Notes: a model not told the origin generated them from the sequence alone. Shown: positions 8,198 to 18,996, counted from the first letter of the stretch. The stretch: DNA of 64,000 nt from a virus (IMGVR_UViG_3300024273_002067); one strand, 5' to 3'. A program made the numbers and translations.

Positions 8198-9061
8198 TTA
8201 CAAATACTTTATTAACAACTCTTTTGTTGATGTGTTTTCTAGAAGCTTCTTCTCAGCCTTTCTAGCGATTTGTCTAATCCTCTCATTGCTATATCCTAAC
8301 TTTCTAGCAATTTCCTCCTTAGAGAGAGCTTGACAATCTATACCATAAGTGTATCTTACAACTATAGCTTCTTTGATTGTAAGTATTTTAAATGCTCTAT
8401 ACATATCTTTCTTTAAAGAATCGTCCAACAGAGAGGAGTCTGGTGCTCCCATACTAGAGTCTTCTATTAAATTAGCTAAAGTTGAAGAACTTTCATCAGA
8501 GCCCACTTTTGCATCTAGAGACGAATGATATATGCCAGCTTGTTGAAGCAATTTACCTGATTCTACATCTATATCCATATACTCACACACCTCAAGCTCC
8601 GAAGGCTCTCTTTCAAGTCTTTGTTGTAAGTGTTGCACAGCTCTAAAGTATTTCCCAGCCTCTAAATTTTTGTTAGAAGGAACTTTTATCATTCTCTTCT
8701 TTTCAGATATGGCTTGTATTATCGTTTGTCTAATCCACCAAACTGCAAAAGATATAAACTTGAACCCCCTAGTGCCATCAAACCTCCCTGCAGCTTTTAT
8801 AAGACCTAAATTACCTTCATTTATTAAATCAGCTAAAGGCAATCCTGTATTTTGATATTTTTTAGCAACGCTAATTACAAACTTTAGATTTGACTGAACC
8901 AACTCTTCTAATGCTTTTTGGTCACCTTCTTGGATTAGCCTTGACAATTCAAACTCCCTCTCTGGGGTGATTGAGTCAAACTTATTTACATCTGTAAAAT
9001 ACTGTTCTATTGATTTTTCCGTTCTGTTTGTAAGGCTCTGCTGAATTTTTAACTGTCTCAT
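8198..9061 (-). CDS. RNA polymerase sigma-70 factor, RpoD-like (copy 2, diverged region 4)
   Basis: MRQLKIQ start, NLKFVISVAKKY, RGFKFISFAVWWIRQ, region 4.2 SKEEIARKLGYSNERIRQI. Confidence 0.92.
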   Translation of the reverse strand: MRQLKIQQSLTNRTEKSIEQYFTDVNKFDSITPEREFELSRLIQEGDQKALEELVQSNLKFVISVAKKYQNTGLPLADLINEGNLGLIKAAGRFDGTRGFKFISFAVWWIRQTIIQAISEKKRMIKVPSNKNLEAGKYFRAVQHLQQRLEREPSELEVCEYMDIDVESGKLLQQAGIYHSSLDAKVGSDESSSTLANLIEDSSMGAPDSSLLDDSLKKDMYRAFKILTIKEAIVVRYTYGIDCQALSKEEIARKLGYSNERIRQIARKAEKKLLENTSTKELLIKYL

Positions 9062-9120
9062 TTTTTTCGCTTTTTTTAAAGATTTATAAGCTAAACGTAA
9101 AATGATTAGAAAAATTACAA

Positions 9121-9912
9121 TTATTTTGTTTTTTTTATTTTATTTATCCTGTCTCTTATTTTTGCACACAACTCTAGATTGTCTTTTCTTATAGCACCAT
9201 CCATAACTTGCTTTAAAAAATTAACATCATATATATCTTCTAACTTACTTTCAATTACACTCTCTAAATTCATTGAACTAACATCATCAGCATACATTTC
9301 TTCAAGATTTAAACCAGAGTATATTTCTTGAATTGGAATTTCAGTAAAATCCAAACTGCTAACTATACTTTCTATAATTTTATCCCTATCCTCATTTGGT
9401 ATGTTTAATATATTAGAAAAATTAAAAATATTAGTATTATCAAAATTCAATTCTTTATTATCGTAATTTGAGCACATTTTTTTAAAATCAATAGGCAATT
9501 CACTTAAATCAAATTTACAAGATACACTATTTAAAGTGTTATATATACTTACATTTTTCTTTACACTCTTTGATGTGGCTACAATATAACATCCTGAAAT
9601 ATCATACAATAAACCTAAATTCTTAAAGAAAGAAGGTTGAGAGTTCTTCTTCCTAATATGATTCATAAATGATTTACTATTTTCCTTTGTGCCAAACAAA
9701 AAATCTATATTATCAGACTCATAATCAATACCTAACTTTTTAGACACGTCTTTACAATCTATAACAAGAAAATAGTTTAACTTTTTAATTCCCAACTTTG
9801 CTATAGTGCTATCAGGATTTTTGTATATAAGCTTTTCTATTTTTTGCTTTATCATAGAAAACCTATTTAAAGATTTAGCCTTTTCGTAAAGTATTAACTC
9901 AACTAACCTCAT
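9121..9912 (-). CDS. Hypothetical protein with C-terminal UvrB/UvrC (UVR) motif
   Basis: C-term LKQVMDGAIRKDNLELCAKIRDRI. Confidence 0.65.
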   Translation of the reverse strand: MRLVELILYEKAKSLNRFSMIKQKIEKLIYKNPDSTIAKLGIKKLNYFLVIDCKDVSKKLGIDYESDNIDFLFGTKENSKSFMNHIRKKNSQPSFFKNLGLLYDISGCYIVATSKSVKKNVSIYNTLNSVSCKFDLSELPIDFKKMCSNYDNKELNFDNTNIFNFSNILNIPNEDRDKIIESIVSSLDFTEIPIQEIYSGLNLEEMYADDVSSMNLESVIESKLEDIYDVNFLKQVMDGAIRKDNLELCAKIRDRINKIKKTK

Positions 9913-9961
9913 AGAAGTATTTTAAATATAAATAATATCATTTTAATATTATTGATAAAAA

Positions 9962-10354
9962 TTAACTATTCCAATCTAGGTTTGTGAAAAAATTTTTCAG
10001 CTGCTCAAAAGAATCTCTATCTATATTTACTGACTTCTCTACAATCTGCTTACTCGCCACATCAATTTCTGCAAAATTCATTGCAAGCCTTCTATTTTCC
10101 TTTCCCTTTTCTCTGGAGATTATTAAATCTACCTCCAACACACTCATGGGCTGCCCAGAATCATCTTTGGTAGCAACTATCTCAATATAAGTTTTTCCAT
10201 TAGAACTTGGCCTTTCTAAATTGGTTACATGTTGTGTAGCTTTTACATCGTCAACCTGGTCTTGTCCTGCATTATCTAAAGACTTTCCATAACTTGAACT
10301 AGATACTCTATCGGTAGTCATTACACTACCCTCTTCAATTACATTATCATTCAT
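9962..10354 (-). CDS. Hypothetical protein
   Basis: 130-aa ORF on the coding strand with TATTTAT just upstream. Confidence 0.7.
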   Translation of the reverse strand: MNDNVIEEGSVMTTDRVSSSSYGKSLDNAGQDQVDDVKATQHVTNLERPSSNGKTYIEIVATKDDSGQPMSVLEVDLIISREKGKENRRLAMNFAEIDVASKQIVEKSVNIDRDSFEQLKNFFTNLDWNS

Positions 10355-10412
10355 AAAATAAATATTTAAATCAATATAATTTATAAAAGATAAAAGTCAA
10401 CATTACTACAAC

Positions 10413-10439
10413 AAAAAAGCCCTCTAATAGAGAGCTTTT
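10413..10439 (-). terminator. Intrinsic terminator
   Basis: AAAGCTCTCT-ATT-AGAGGGCTTT followed by T run. Confidence 0.75.
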
Positions 10440-10475
10440 GAAATATATTGCATTTAAATGTTAGCAATTAAAGTT

Positions 10476-11006
10476 TTACTTTTTTTCAACCCAAACAACT
10501 TTACCTTCAGACATTATTGGATTATGTACTGCACCCTTAAAAGGTTTGCCTCCAGTAAGCTCTGAATATTTTGCTTGCAGTTGAGATTCATCACTTTTCA
10601 TTTTCTGCTTTAAGCCTTGAATTTGTTGAGCTATATTTGAAATTTCTTTTTGAGCCTTCTCATACTTAGCCTTGTTAGCACCGTCTGTATAAGCTTGCTT
10701 AACATCTCCAGCAGCCTTTCCTACAACATCTTTAGCTTGTGACGCAGCACCCTTAGCAGCATCAGCTACTTTACCAGCAGCTTCCTTAGCTTTTCCGCCA
10801 ATCATTTTACCAACGTTCTTAAGTCCCGCTCCCATGCTTCCAAAAAGCTCTTGTAACTCTTCTTCAGAAATGTCTTCTCCTTCATTTATTCTAGATATAG
10901 CTTCTGTTAACTTATTTCTCTTATCCTTAAGAGACTGAGCCTTAATATACTTTGAAGCCTCTTCGCTTATAATGGCTTTTAGTTCTTTTTTTGTTATTTT
11001 CATCAC
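10476..11006 (-). CDS. Putative virion internal/head protein, Ala/Lys/Gly-rich
   Basis: KITKKELKAIISEE N-terminus, low-complexity AAGKVADAAKGAA core; TATTTAT upstream. Confidence 0.55.
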   Translation of the reverse strand: MMKITKKELKAIISEEASKYIKAQSLKDKRNKLTEAISRINEGEDISEEELQELFGSMGAGLKNVGKMIGGKAKEAAGKVADAAKGAASQAKDVVGKAAGDVKQAYTDGANKAKYEKAQKEISNIAQQIQGLKQKMKSDESQLQAKYSELTGGKPFKGAVHNPIMSEGKVVWVEKK

Positions 11007-11096
11007 TTTTTATTATGTATGTTTTAATATAAATACTAATAAAAAAATAAAAAATGGGTAAAATACCCCCTTCACACAAAACAACTAAAACTATAC

Positions 11097-11534
11097 TCAC
11101 TTAATTTCAAAAGTCCTTTTTTTGTTTTTTGAATAATTTAATTTAGGTATCTTAATGTATAAAACACCATTGGTGAACTCAGATGTTATATTGTCAATAT
11201 CTGAGATTTCTGGAAGTATGAAATCTTTGTCAAAAGAACTCTTATAAAACTCTCTTAAAGAGTATTTTTTTGAGTCTTCACTCTTTTCATCGGCCACTTC
11301 ACATTTAACACTTAAAACAAAATTATCTAATGATACTTTAATGAACTTCTTATCCACCCCAGGCACACATACCTGAATCTCTTGAAAAGAGTCTTGATTA
11401 ACTATATTTGACTTTACACTGTTATTGTTTGAGTTAAAATCTCTAAAAAAACCTTCTAAAGGTGCGAGTTTTAAAAATTGAGACTCAAGAGCGGACTCAA
11501 TTGGTGACATTCTTTTTTTTGTAATTGTAAACAT
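11097..11534 (-). CDS. Small heat-shock protein Hsp20/alpha-crystallin
   Basis: VPGVDKKFIKVSL, REFYKSSFDKDFILPE, SEFTNGVLYIKIPK. Confidence 0.88.
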   Translation of the reverse strand: MFTITKKRMSPIESALESQFLKLAPLEGFFRDFNSNNNSVKSNIVNQDSFQEIQVCVPGVDKKFIKVSLDNFVLSVKCEVADEKSEDSKKYSLREFYKSSFDKDFILPEISDIDNITSEFTNGVLYIKIPKLNYSKNKKRTFEIK

Positions 11535-11579
11535 ATTTTTTTTTTAATTTACAATTTAAACTTCAAAATTTATACCAAC

Positions 11580-11622
11580 AAAAAAAAGCATCAAAATATG
11601 AGACAATTTGACGCTTTTTTTT
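11580..11622 (-). terminator. Intrinsic terminator between 11650 ORF and hsp20
   Basis: GCGTCAAA...TTTGATGC stem flanked by A and T runs. Confidence 0.6.
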
Positions 11623-11649
11623 GTAATTTATGACAAAAAATACTAAATA

Positions 11650-12015
11650 TTATTTTTTTTGATACTTTTTTAAATTTTCTGGCCAAACTACTATCCTGTT
11701 TTCAGTAGACACATATCTATAGTCTAGTATATTTAAAAAATAGCGTTCCCCCTCATCGCTTGCAACCATAAACCTACAGTCACCCTTAAATCCGCTCATC
11801 AACTTTGTTGTAGCCTCACAAAAAGCTTCTGAATTTGAGTATTCTAAATCTATTGTGTTGTTTTTTTTGTTTTTTGAAGTACTAGTAAAGTGTCCTAAAA
11901 ATTCCATATTAAGTTTTGTTTTTTTTCTTTCTTTTAATTTATACAACCAAAAGTATGTAATTACCTTAACGAAAGCAAGTTTTATTGGGAAAAATATTGA
12001 TTTTTTTTTAATCAA
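11650..12015 (-). CDS. Hypothetical protein
   Basis: ORF on the coding strand overlapping the neighbour's stop; start uncertain. Confidence 0.55.
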   Translation of the reverse strand: MIKKKSIFFPIKLAFVKVITYFWLYKLKERKKTKLNMEFLGHFTSTSKNKKNNTIDLEYSNSEAFCEATTKLMSGFKGDCRFMVASDEGERYFLNILDYRYVSTENRIVVWPENLKKYQKK

Positions 12016-12487
12016 AAATTTTATAATAAAATCTAGGAAGCAAAAAATCTGATTCTGAGTAATTTAACTTATATTCATATTTGATTAAGGCAACATCAAA
12101 GTCCATGGATTTAACTACAACTCCTGTGGGGTCTAGTAAGTCTATTTTACAAATATGCATATCTTTATACTCGTCCATCCAATCATTTGTTCCAATTGCT
12201 AACATTGATTCTATTGTTATAATGTTTCCGTGTTCAATAGTATGAGAGAAATGTAATGATTTAATCCTATCTGGGCTGATTGTTTTGTTTGAATATTCAT
12301 TTTCTAAAAAAACCATAAATCTGTTTGATTTATATGGCTCAAAACCATTAAAAAGACTGCCTTGATTGACTTGGTTGTGATTAAATCTATAAGCAGGTAC
12401 GTTGTTTGTGCTGTAAAACACATAGCTTGTATCAAGAGGTTTTTTATGTTTTTCAAGAATTAACTTCCTCTTTCTCCTCTTGTACAT
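12008..12487 (-). CDS. Diverged tail-tube-like (gp19-like) paralog
   Basis: FEPYKSNRFMVFL and CKIDLLDPTGVVVKS..F resemble FEP..NRF and LDP.G.VVE.W blocks of large-myophage tube proteins (recalled). Confidence 0.6.
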   Translation of the reverse strand: MYKRRKRKLILEKHKKPLDTSYVFYSTNNVPAYRFNHNQVNQGSLFNGFEPYKSNRFMVFLENEYSNKTISPDRIKSLHFSHTIEHGNIITIESMLAIGTNDWMDEYKDMHICKIDLLDPTGVVVKSMDFDVALIKYEYKLNYSESDFLLPRFYYKIFD

Positions 12488-12489
12488 AA

Positions 12490-13125
12490 TTAATATCTGT
12501 TTTTATACTTTAATATTTTCTGCATTTTTACAGGAGTAAGTATAAGGCCATTTTTTAATGTTAAAGAAAATTGTTTAGAAATGGCTTTTTCGATTAAACC
12601 AAAACTAAGTCTAGTGTCTCCTACTAAAAATCCTCTATCAGTAAATTTAACTAAAAATGGAGAATTTGTTTTAGTGTCAAACCTAACTATTATATCCTTT
12701 TTTTCTATTTTAGGACTTTCAGAAACTGCTTTAGCGTTTACATTAACACTTTCTACATCTTGTTCACTCAACGATTGAGAAGCGACCTTTTCAGCTTCCA
12801 CTTTCTGACCTTCTAAATCTACGACTCTTTGTTGAGCAGAGGATTCCAGCTCTTTTGTCAAATCCAACTGGTCTTGGGTTATCTTAACTTGTGCATCAGC
12901 CATTTTTTTATAGTCGGCACCAGTTGCTGAGGTCTGCACTTGTTTATCCATTTTTAATTTCTCCGTTAGATTCTTTAGACTTTCTTTAGTTTTCTCTAAA
13001 GTATCTTTGGATAATTCAATAGCATCTTCTAAACTTGAAACATTATCAACATTAGCATCAGCTTCAAATAAGTGCGAAGCTGCTTCTTTTAGTATAAATG
13101 AGTCTATATCTTTTTTGGTAAACAT
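12490..13125 (-). CDS. Hypothetical coiled-coil protein, possibly virion internal
   Basis: FILKEAASHLFE N-terminus; TATTTAT upstream. Confidence 0.6.
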   Translation of the reverse strand: MFTKKDIDSFILKEAASHLFEADANVDNVSSLEDAIELSKDTLEKTKESLKNLTEKLKMDKQVQTSATGADYKKMADAQVKITQDQLDLTKELESSAQQRVVDLEGQKVEAEKVASQSLSEQDVESVNVNAKAVSESPKIEKKDIIVRFDTKTNSPFLVKFTDRGFLVGDTRLSFGLIEKAISKQFSLTLKNGLILTPVKMQKILKYKNRY

Positions 13126-13161
13126 TTTAATTTATTTTTATTATAAATAGTTTACAAAACT

Positions 13162-13191
13162 AAAAAAGAGCACCTATAAGTACTCTCTTTT
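13162..13191 (-). terminator. Intrinsic terminator
   Basis: AGAGTAC-TTATAG-GTGCTCT followed by T run. Confidence 0.7.
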
Positions 13192-13201
13192 ATTTATTAG
13201 A

Positions 13202-13387
13202 CTATTGTGCGCCCATTAAGCTATCGTAATGGTCTTGCCAAACCTTCTCTTCCCTTCTCTTCAAGTCCTCTCTTGACTTTGTTTTCTGTTCTAAGTGCTT
13301 TTTGGCTACTTTTTTTCTATCTACTTTTTTTTTGCCCTTTTTTGCAGCTATTCTATTTTTTTTTGATTTGTTTTTAACCTTTTTCAT
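13202..13387 (-). CDS. Small Lys-rich protein
   Basis: 61-aa basic ORF followed by a terminator. Confidence 0.6.
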   Translation of the reverse strand: MKKVKNKSKKNRIAAKKGKKKVDRKKVAKKHLEQKTKSREDLKRREEKVWQDHYDSLMGAQ

Positions 13388-13437
13388 ATTGCTAAATTTT
13401 TTAATAAAATTAAATTATTTTTTAACAAAGTCAACAA

Positions 13438-15159
13438 TTAAGACATTCTATTATTGATTTCATCTCTAATTTTAGCTGCTTTTTCATAATTTTCAAACTC
13501 TAGAGCAGATGCCAAAGAATCATTAAGCTCATCAATATTCATGTCTGCCACATCTTTTTCTGCCTGTGTATCTTGATTTTCTGGAGCTTCTTCTATCTCA
13601 ATTCTATTGTCACCATTCTCAATTGCTCTCAATATATCATCGGTGTTATCAGAGCCAGAGTCCACAATATCTTCTGGGCTAGGTGCTTCTCCATTATTAT
13701 CTTCTTGATATTCCTCTATATCTTCTTCAATCTCTTCTAACAACTCCTCTAAAGCAGCTATACCTGCTTGACCATCATGTAGTACTTTGTCCATCAAATC
13801 TAAAAACTCATCTGGCTCTAACATTCCTAATTCATAAAGTAACGTAGAAACTATGCTATAGTCACTATCTCTATCTTGAACTATATAATCAATAGCATCA
13901 TGTAGATATTTCCAAATTCTAGGACCTAAAAGTTTCATCCAATGCTCCTCTTGATAAGAGTCTGCTCTTCCCAATACTGCTTTTTGCATTTTCGGAGTCA
14001 TATTCTCTAAACTATATGCAAATAAATACTCAACAACAGACTTTGCTACTTCGTGAAGTAAAATAGGAAATAAATGAGCGGAAGCTTTTGCGCCAGTTAC
14101 AGGTCTAGCATTTTCTTCTTCATCATTTTCCCCTTCTTCATTATCATTATCTCCGTCTTCTTCGTCTCCAAATTTCAATTCGGACTTACCCATATTAGTT
14201 CTCATACCAGTTTCTTTTGGGTCAAAACTCCAGGTCATCAACTCAACTGTTGGCATAATTTCCATATATAAAGCAAACAACTCAGGGTCAATTGCTTCTA
14301 TTTCATTTCTTAAATCAGATATAGTTTTGTGACTTCTGTATCCAGCACCCATTGCTAGTGCATTTTGCATAAATCTTTTATCTAAATTTTTCTTTAATTG
14401 CTCCTGTTCTTCAGCCGTAAAATCATCTTCTATAGTCTGTTCTAGTTGCTGTTGCAAATCTTGGCCAGAGTCGTCTTCCATGTCCATGTCTGGTCCATTT
14501 TCAAGAGGTTTTAAATCAGCTTCTATCTTTTGCATTATTCTATCTTCTACACCAAAAGTTCTCTTAACTATATCTAGAGCCAACCTTTCTAAAGCATCTT
14601 TATACCTAGCCTCTAGCATACTAGCCATCATAGTTTTTTGCATTATAGTCATAGGATTTATAAGACCAGCTTCTTGCGCATTTCTCAATACTTCATTAAA
14701 TTCTTCAGTTCCTAATTTTGATAATGTCTTAAAATCTGGTTCTCCTTTTTGAAATATTTCTATATTTTTAAATGGAGTTTCCTCACTACCTTCTTCTCCA
14801 GAAAGTCCAGACTTTATAGTTGGATGTATGTATCTATCTGCTGAAGCTTCGTCTTCTGGTCTTAATGGAGCTTCATTTATCATCCTTCTATATCTGTTGT
14901 ACTCTTCTATTTTTTTGTATTTTCTTTCCAATGTATAAACACTTTCCAACTGAACACCTTCCGCCTTAGGCTTTGGCTTTTCTGATGGGTTAGGGTCTCT
15001 ATCTGGAATGCCTCTTCTTTTTTTCTTTTGCTTTCCCGTATCTATGTCGGTGTCAGTATCTGTATCTGGATTAGCCACTTCTGATTCTTCCATCCCTTTT
15101 TCCATTAGACGTTTAGCTATAGCTTCTCTTAAAAGTTTCTTTAAATCTTTTTTACTCAT
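13438..15159 (-). CDS. Acidic hypothetical protein with C-terminal UVR motif, probably virion-associated
   Basis: [13 protein letters not shown]-terminus, DT repeats, C-term [20 protein letters not shown]. Confidence 0.7.
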   Translation of the reverse strand: MSKKDLKKLLREAIAKRLMEKGMEESEVANPDTDTDTDIDTGKQKKKRRGIPDRDPNPSEKPKPKAEGVQLESVYTLERKYKKIEEYNRYRRMINEAPLRPEDEASADRYIHPTIKSGLSGEEGSEETPFKNIEIFQKGEPDFKTLSKLGTEEFNEVLRNAQEAGLINPMTIMQKTMMASMLEARYKDALERLALDIVKRTFGVEDRIMQKIEADLKPLENGPDMDMEDDSGQDLQQQLEQTIEDDFTAEEQEQLKKNLDKRFMQNALAMGAGYRSHKTISDLRNEIEAIDPELFALYMEIMPTVELMTWSFDPKETGMRTNMGKSELKFGDEEDGDNDNEEGENDEEENARPVTGAKASAHLFPILLHEVAKSVVEYLFAYSLENMTPKMQKAVLGRADSYQEEHWMKLLGPRIWKYLHDAIDYIVQDRDSDYSIVSTLLYELGMLEPDEFLDLMDKVLHDGQAGIAALEELLEEIEEDIEEYQEDNNGEAPSPEDIVDSGSDNTDDILRAIENGDNRIEIEEAPENQDTQAEKDVADMNIDELNDSLASALEFENYEKAAKIRDEINNRMS

Positions 15160-15210
15160 TTTTATTTGTTTAATATAAAATATTACTATAATAAATATGT
15201 TTTAAAAAAC

Positions 15211-15240
15211 AAAAAGCCCTCTACATAAAGAAGGCTTTTT
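15211..15240. terminator. Bidirectional-type terminator after nrdA
   Basis: AAAAAGCC...GGCTTTTT inverted repeat. Confidence 0.7.
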
Positions 15241-15264
15241 ATCTTTTGTTTTAAATGATAATTA

Positions 15265-17922
15265 TTAACTTCCGCAAGCTTCACAATTTTCTGGATTATC
15301 TAGGCTGCAAGCCATTTGAGACATTGCATCAGCCTCTTCTTCTGACATGTCTGTAGAAGAATTGGGCAACACAACTTCAGAAATAGATGCTGAAGGCTGA
15401 AGCCTTCCGTCACTATCTACTTTTTCAACAACTTTAATTTCAGGCATGATTTCAGTTATTACTTCTGATTTTGTGTCTGAATTTTCAGTTTTAACTTTAG
15501 GCTTTTCCTTTAAAGAATTTACATCTGTACCTAATGATTTTCTAGCTTCTGACTTTGCATTACTCCTTAAATAATACATTCCTGTCTTTAAGCCTTTAGA
15601 CCACCCATAAAATAATGCTTTATTTATCTTTGCAACATTTGCATCTCTTATGAATAGATTCATAGATTGCGATTGGTCTATGAATGCAGCTCTATCTGCA
15701 GACATGTCTATGAGGTTGCTGGCCTTCATTTCCCAAACGGTTTTGTAGGTCAACTTAATGTCTTCTGGAATTTCTGAAATAGTTTGAATAGAACCATTGT
15801 TTTGAATCATTTTTATTCTGACTTCATCATTCCATAAGTTTAAGTTTATTAAATCTTCAACCAAATGTCTGTTAACTAAAACAAATTCTCCTGACAAAAC
15901 ATTTCTCTTATATAAGTTGTTTGTAAAAGGTTCAAAACATTCATTGTTTCCCAATATTTGAGCAGTAGATGCGGTTGGCATTGGAGCTACAAGTAGTGAG
16001 TTTCTTACGCCATATCTTATTACAGACTTTTTCAACTTAGACCAATTCCATAACCCAGATAAATCACCCTCTTCAATTCCCCACATATCATACTGAAAAA
16101 TGCCCTTAGAAACAGGAGACCCTTTAAAGGATGAATATGCACCAGAAGTTTCGGGTGTTTGTGAGTTTACTAAAACCTCTTCTTTGTGTAATGATTTTGA
16201 TATGTCATTTGAAGCTGTCATAGCTGCAAAGTATATTGTTTCAAATATATCTTTATTTAACTTTTTAGCCGCATCTGACTCAAAAGGCATGCCCATTAGA
16301 GCAAAAGTATCTGCCAAACCTTGAACTCCTAAACCTATAGGTCTATGTCTCATGTTTGAATTTCTAGCTTCTTTAGTGGGATACCAATTTACATCTATAA
16401 CTTTATTTAAATTTAAAGTGGCTTGATATGTAACATCGTAAAGCTTTTGAAAATCATAATTTCTAAGCGTCTTATCTTTAGATTTAACCTTTCCAGTTGG
16501 AATTTCTACCATTTTAGGAAGGGCTATAGAAGCTAAATTACATACTGCAGTTTCATCCGGGGTGCTTACCTCCATGATTTCTGTACACAAATTAGAAGAC
16601 TTGATTACACCTATATTTTTTTGATTGCTTTTTTTGTTTGCAGAGTCTTTATACAAAATGTAGGGAGTACCAGTCTCTATTTGAGCCTCTAAAATATGTC
16701 CCCACAACTCTCTAGCTTTCATTACTTTTTTGCCCCTACCTTCTGATTCATACTTTTCGTATAATTCAGTAAACGCCAAACTAACTTCTGATTCATTTAA
16801 AATTTCTCCATCTTTATTGTATTCAGGACACACATCATACACATCAGACAATCCAGGACACTCATTTGGACACATTAAAGTCCAATTACCGTCATCTCTT
16901 ACTCTTTGCATAAACAAGTCAGGAGTCCATAGTGCCAAAAATAAATCTCTTGCTCGCTCCTCTTCTTTACCGTGATTCTTTCTTAAGTCAATAAAACTTT
17001 CTACATCAAAATGCCAAGGCTCTAAATATATAGCAAAAGAACCTTTTCTCTTTCCTCCTTGATTTATCCACCTAGCAACTTCGTTGTAAGTTTTAAGCAT
17101 AGGTAACAATCCATCAGAATTACCCCCAGTACCCTTAATGTAAGAGCCTTTAGACCTAACATTGTGAACATGAAGACCTATGCCGCCAGACCATTTTGAT
17201 ATTTTTGCCACATCTTTTAGAGTGTCAAATAAAGAATCTATATCATCACCTTTATTTGCAACTAAAAAGCAAGAAGATAGCTGTGGTTTAGGCGTTCCAG
17301 AATTAAACAATGTTGGCGTGGCATGTGTAAATTGTCCTGTAGATAATAGTTCATAAGTTTTTTGAACTTCTTTTAAATTATCACCCCATATACCCAATGC
17401 CACTCTCATGTACAAATGCTGTGGTGTTTCTACAACCTTTCCATTTATCTTTAAAAGATAAGACCTTTCTAATGTTTTAAATCCAAAATACTCAAAATCC
17501 AAATCTCTATCATGAATAATCATAGATTCAATTTTTTTATAGTTTGACTTTACAACGTCCAACAACTCCTCAGAAACTAAAGGGGCATGCTCTTTTGTTT
17601 TTGGGTCTACATTGTTATATAGGTCACTGACCGTATCTTTAAATGATTTTTTAGTCTCTTTCTTTACTGAAGTCAAGGCTATTCTGGCTGCAAGTATTGA
17701 ATAGTCAGGATGTATTCTAGTCAAGGATGCAGATGTTTCTGCAGCTAAAGTGTCTAACTCTCTAGTTGTAACACCATCATAAACTCCTGCAATTACCTTT
17801 TTGGCAATCTCCATATAATCAATATAATCTTGGTCTAGTCCATATGTTTGCTTTTTAATTCTAGCTGATATTTTATCGAACTTTACAGCCTCTTCAGAGC
17901 CATCTCTTTTTATTACTTTCAT
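15265..17922 (-). CDS. nrdA: Ribonucleotide reductase class Ia alpha subunit
   Basis: ATP cone (VIKRDG), THATPTLFN, SSCF, SNLCTE, VCNL, PMPTAST, C-terminal CEACGS. Confidence 0.97.
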   Translation of the reverse strand: MKVIKRDGSEEAVKFDKISARIKKQTYGLDQDYIDYMEIAKKVIAGVYDGVTTRELDTLAAETSASLTRIHPDYSILAARIALTSVKKETKKSFKDTVSDLYNNVDPKTKEHAPLVSEELLDVVKSNYKKIESMIIHDRDLDFEYFGFKTLERSYLLKINGKVVETPQHLYMRVALGIWGDNLKEVQKTYELLSTGQFTHATPTLFNSGTPKPQLSSCFLVANKGDDIDSLFDTLKDVAKISKWSGGIGLHVHNVRSKGSYIKGTGGNSDGLLPMLKTYNEVARWINQGGKRKGSFAIYLEPWHFDVESFIDLRKNHGKEEERARDLFLALWTPDLFMQRVRDDGNWTLMCPNECPGLSDVYDVCPEYNKDGEILNESEVSLAFTELYEKYESEGRGKKVMKARELWGHILEAQIETGTPYILYKDSANKKSNQKNIGVIKSSNLCTEIMEVSTPDETAVCNLASIALPKMVEIPTGKVKSKDKTLRNYDFQKLYDVTYQATLNLNKVIDVNWYPTKEARNSNMRHRPIGLGVQGLADTFALMGMPFESDAAKKLNKDIFETIYFAAMTASNDISKSLHKEEVLVNSQTPETSGAYSSFKGSPVSKGIFQYDMWGIEEGDLSGLWNWSKLKKSVIRYGVRNSLLVAPMPTASTAQILGNNECFEPFTNNLYKRNVLSGEFVLVNRHLVEDLINLNLWNDEVRIKMIQNNGSIQTISEIPEDIKLTYKTVWEMKASNLIDMSADRAAFIDQSQSMNLFIRDANVAKINKALFYGWSKGLKTGMYYLRSNAKSEARKSLGTDVNSLKEKPKVKTENSDTKSEVITEIMPEIKVVEKVDSDGRLQPSASISEVVLPNSSTDMSEEEADAMSQMACSLDNPENCEACGS

Positions 17923-17939
17923 CTATTTTTTTTTTAAAA

Positions 17940-18962
17940 TTAAAACTCGTCATCTCCACCATCGAAACTGATTGTATTTTCTGCAGTATCTCCACCAACT
18001 CCAGATTTAGAATAGTCTCCAACTCTTTTTTCGAAAAAGTTTGTTTTATTTTCCAAGGCTATATTAGACATAAAGTCAAAAGGATTTTTAGCTCCAAACA
18101 TAGGTTCGCAATTTAAGTCAGACAATAAAACATCAGACACATATTCTAAATATTCAGACATCAATTTTGAATTCATACCTATTAAGCTAACTGGTAGCGA
18201 TTCTGTAATGAACTCTTTTTCTATCTCTAAAGCAGAACCTATTATTTCTTTAATTCTTTCTTTAGAAACTTTATTTACAACATGGTTATTGTGTAAGTGA
18301 GTGGCAAAATCACAATGCAATGCCTCGTCTCTAGATATTAGCTCATTAGAGAAGCTAAGACCAGGCATAAGACCTCTACTTTTTAACCAAAAAATAGAAC
18401 AAAAAGAGCCAGAAAAGAATATCCCTTCTACTGCCGCAAATGCTATAAGCCTTTCTGCGAAACTATCAGACTCAATCCACTGTAAAGCCCATTCTGCCTT
18501 TTTCTTTACAGCAGGTATTGTATCTAAAGCATTAAACAATCTATCTTTCTCTTCCTTATTTTTAACATAAGTATCAATAAGTAATGAATATGTCTCAGAA
18601 TGTATGTTTTCCATTGAAATTTGAAAACCATAGAAAAATTTAGCTTCAGCATATTGTACTTCGCTCAAAAAATTTTCTGCTAAATTTTCATTAACAATGC
18701 CATCTGATGCTGCGAAAAAGGCTAAAACATTTTTTACAAAATATCTTTCATTTTCAGTTAACTTCTCCCAATCAACTAAGTCTTGTTGTAAGTCTATTTC
18801 TTCAGCAGTCCAAAAGCTTGCTTCTGCTTTTTTGTAAAATTGCCAAATATCATCATGTTGTATAGGAAAAACCACAAATCTATTAGGGTTATCTTTTAAT
18901 ATATTTTCTTCTGATATATTGTTTTTCATTTCAATTTCTTTTTCTAACATTTTTTCGTTCAT
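17940..18962 (-). CDS. nrdB: Ribonucleotide reductase class Ia beta subunit
   Basis: [44 protein letters not shown]. Confidence 0.97.
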   Translation of the reverse strand: MNEKMLEKEIEMKNNISEENILKDNPNRFVVFPIQHDDIWQFYKKAEASFWTAEEIDLQQDLVDWEKLTENERYFVKNVLAFFAASDGIVNENLAENFLSEVQYAEAKFFYGFQISMENIHSETYSLLIDTYVKNKEEKDRLFNALDTIPAVKKKAEWALQWIESDSFAERLIAFAAVEGIFFSGSFCSIFWLKSRGLMPGLSFSNELISRDEALHCDFATHLHNNHVVNKVSKERIKEIIGSALEIEKEFITESLPVSLIGMNSKLMSEYLEYVSDVLLSDLNCEPMFGAKNPFDFMSNIALENKTNFFEKRVGDYSKSGVGGDTAENTISFDGGDDEF

Positions 18963-18996
18963 ATTTTAATATTTTTATTTTAACCCTTAATCTACA

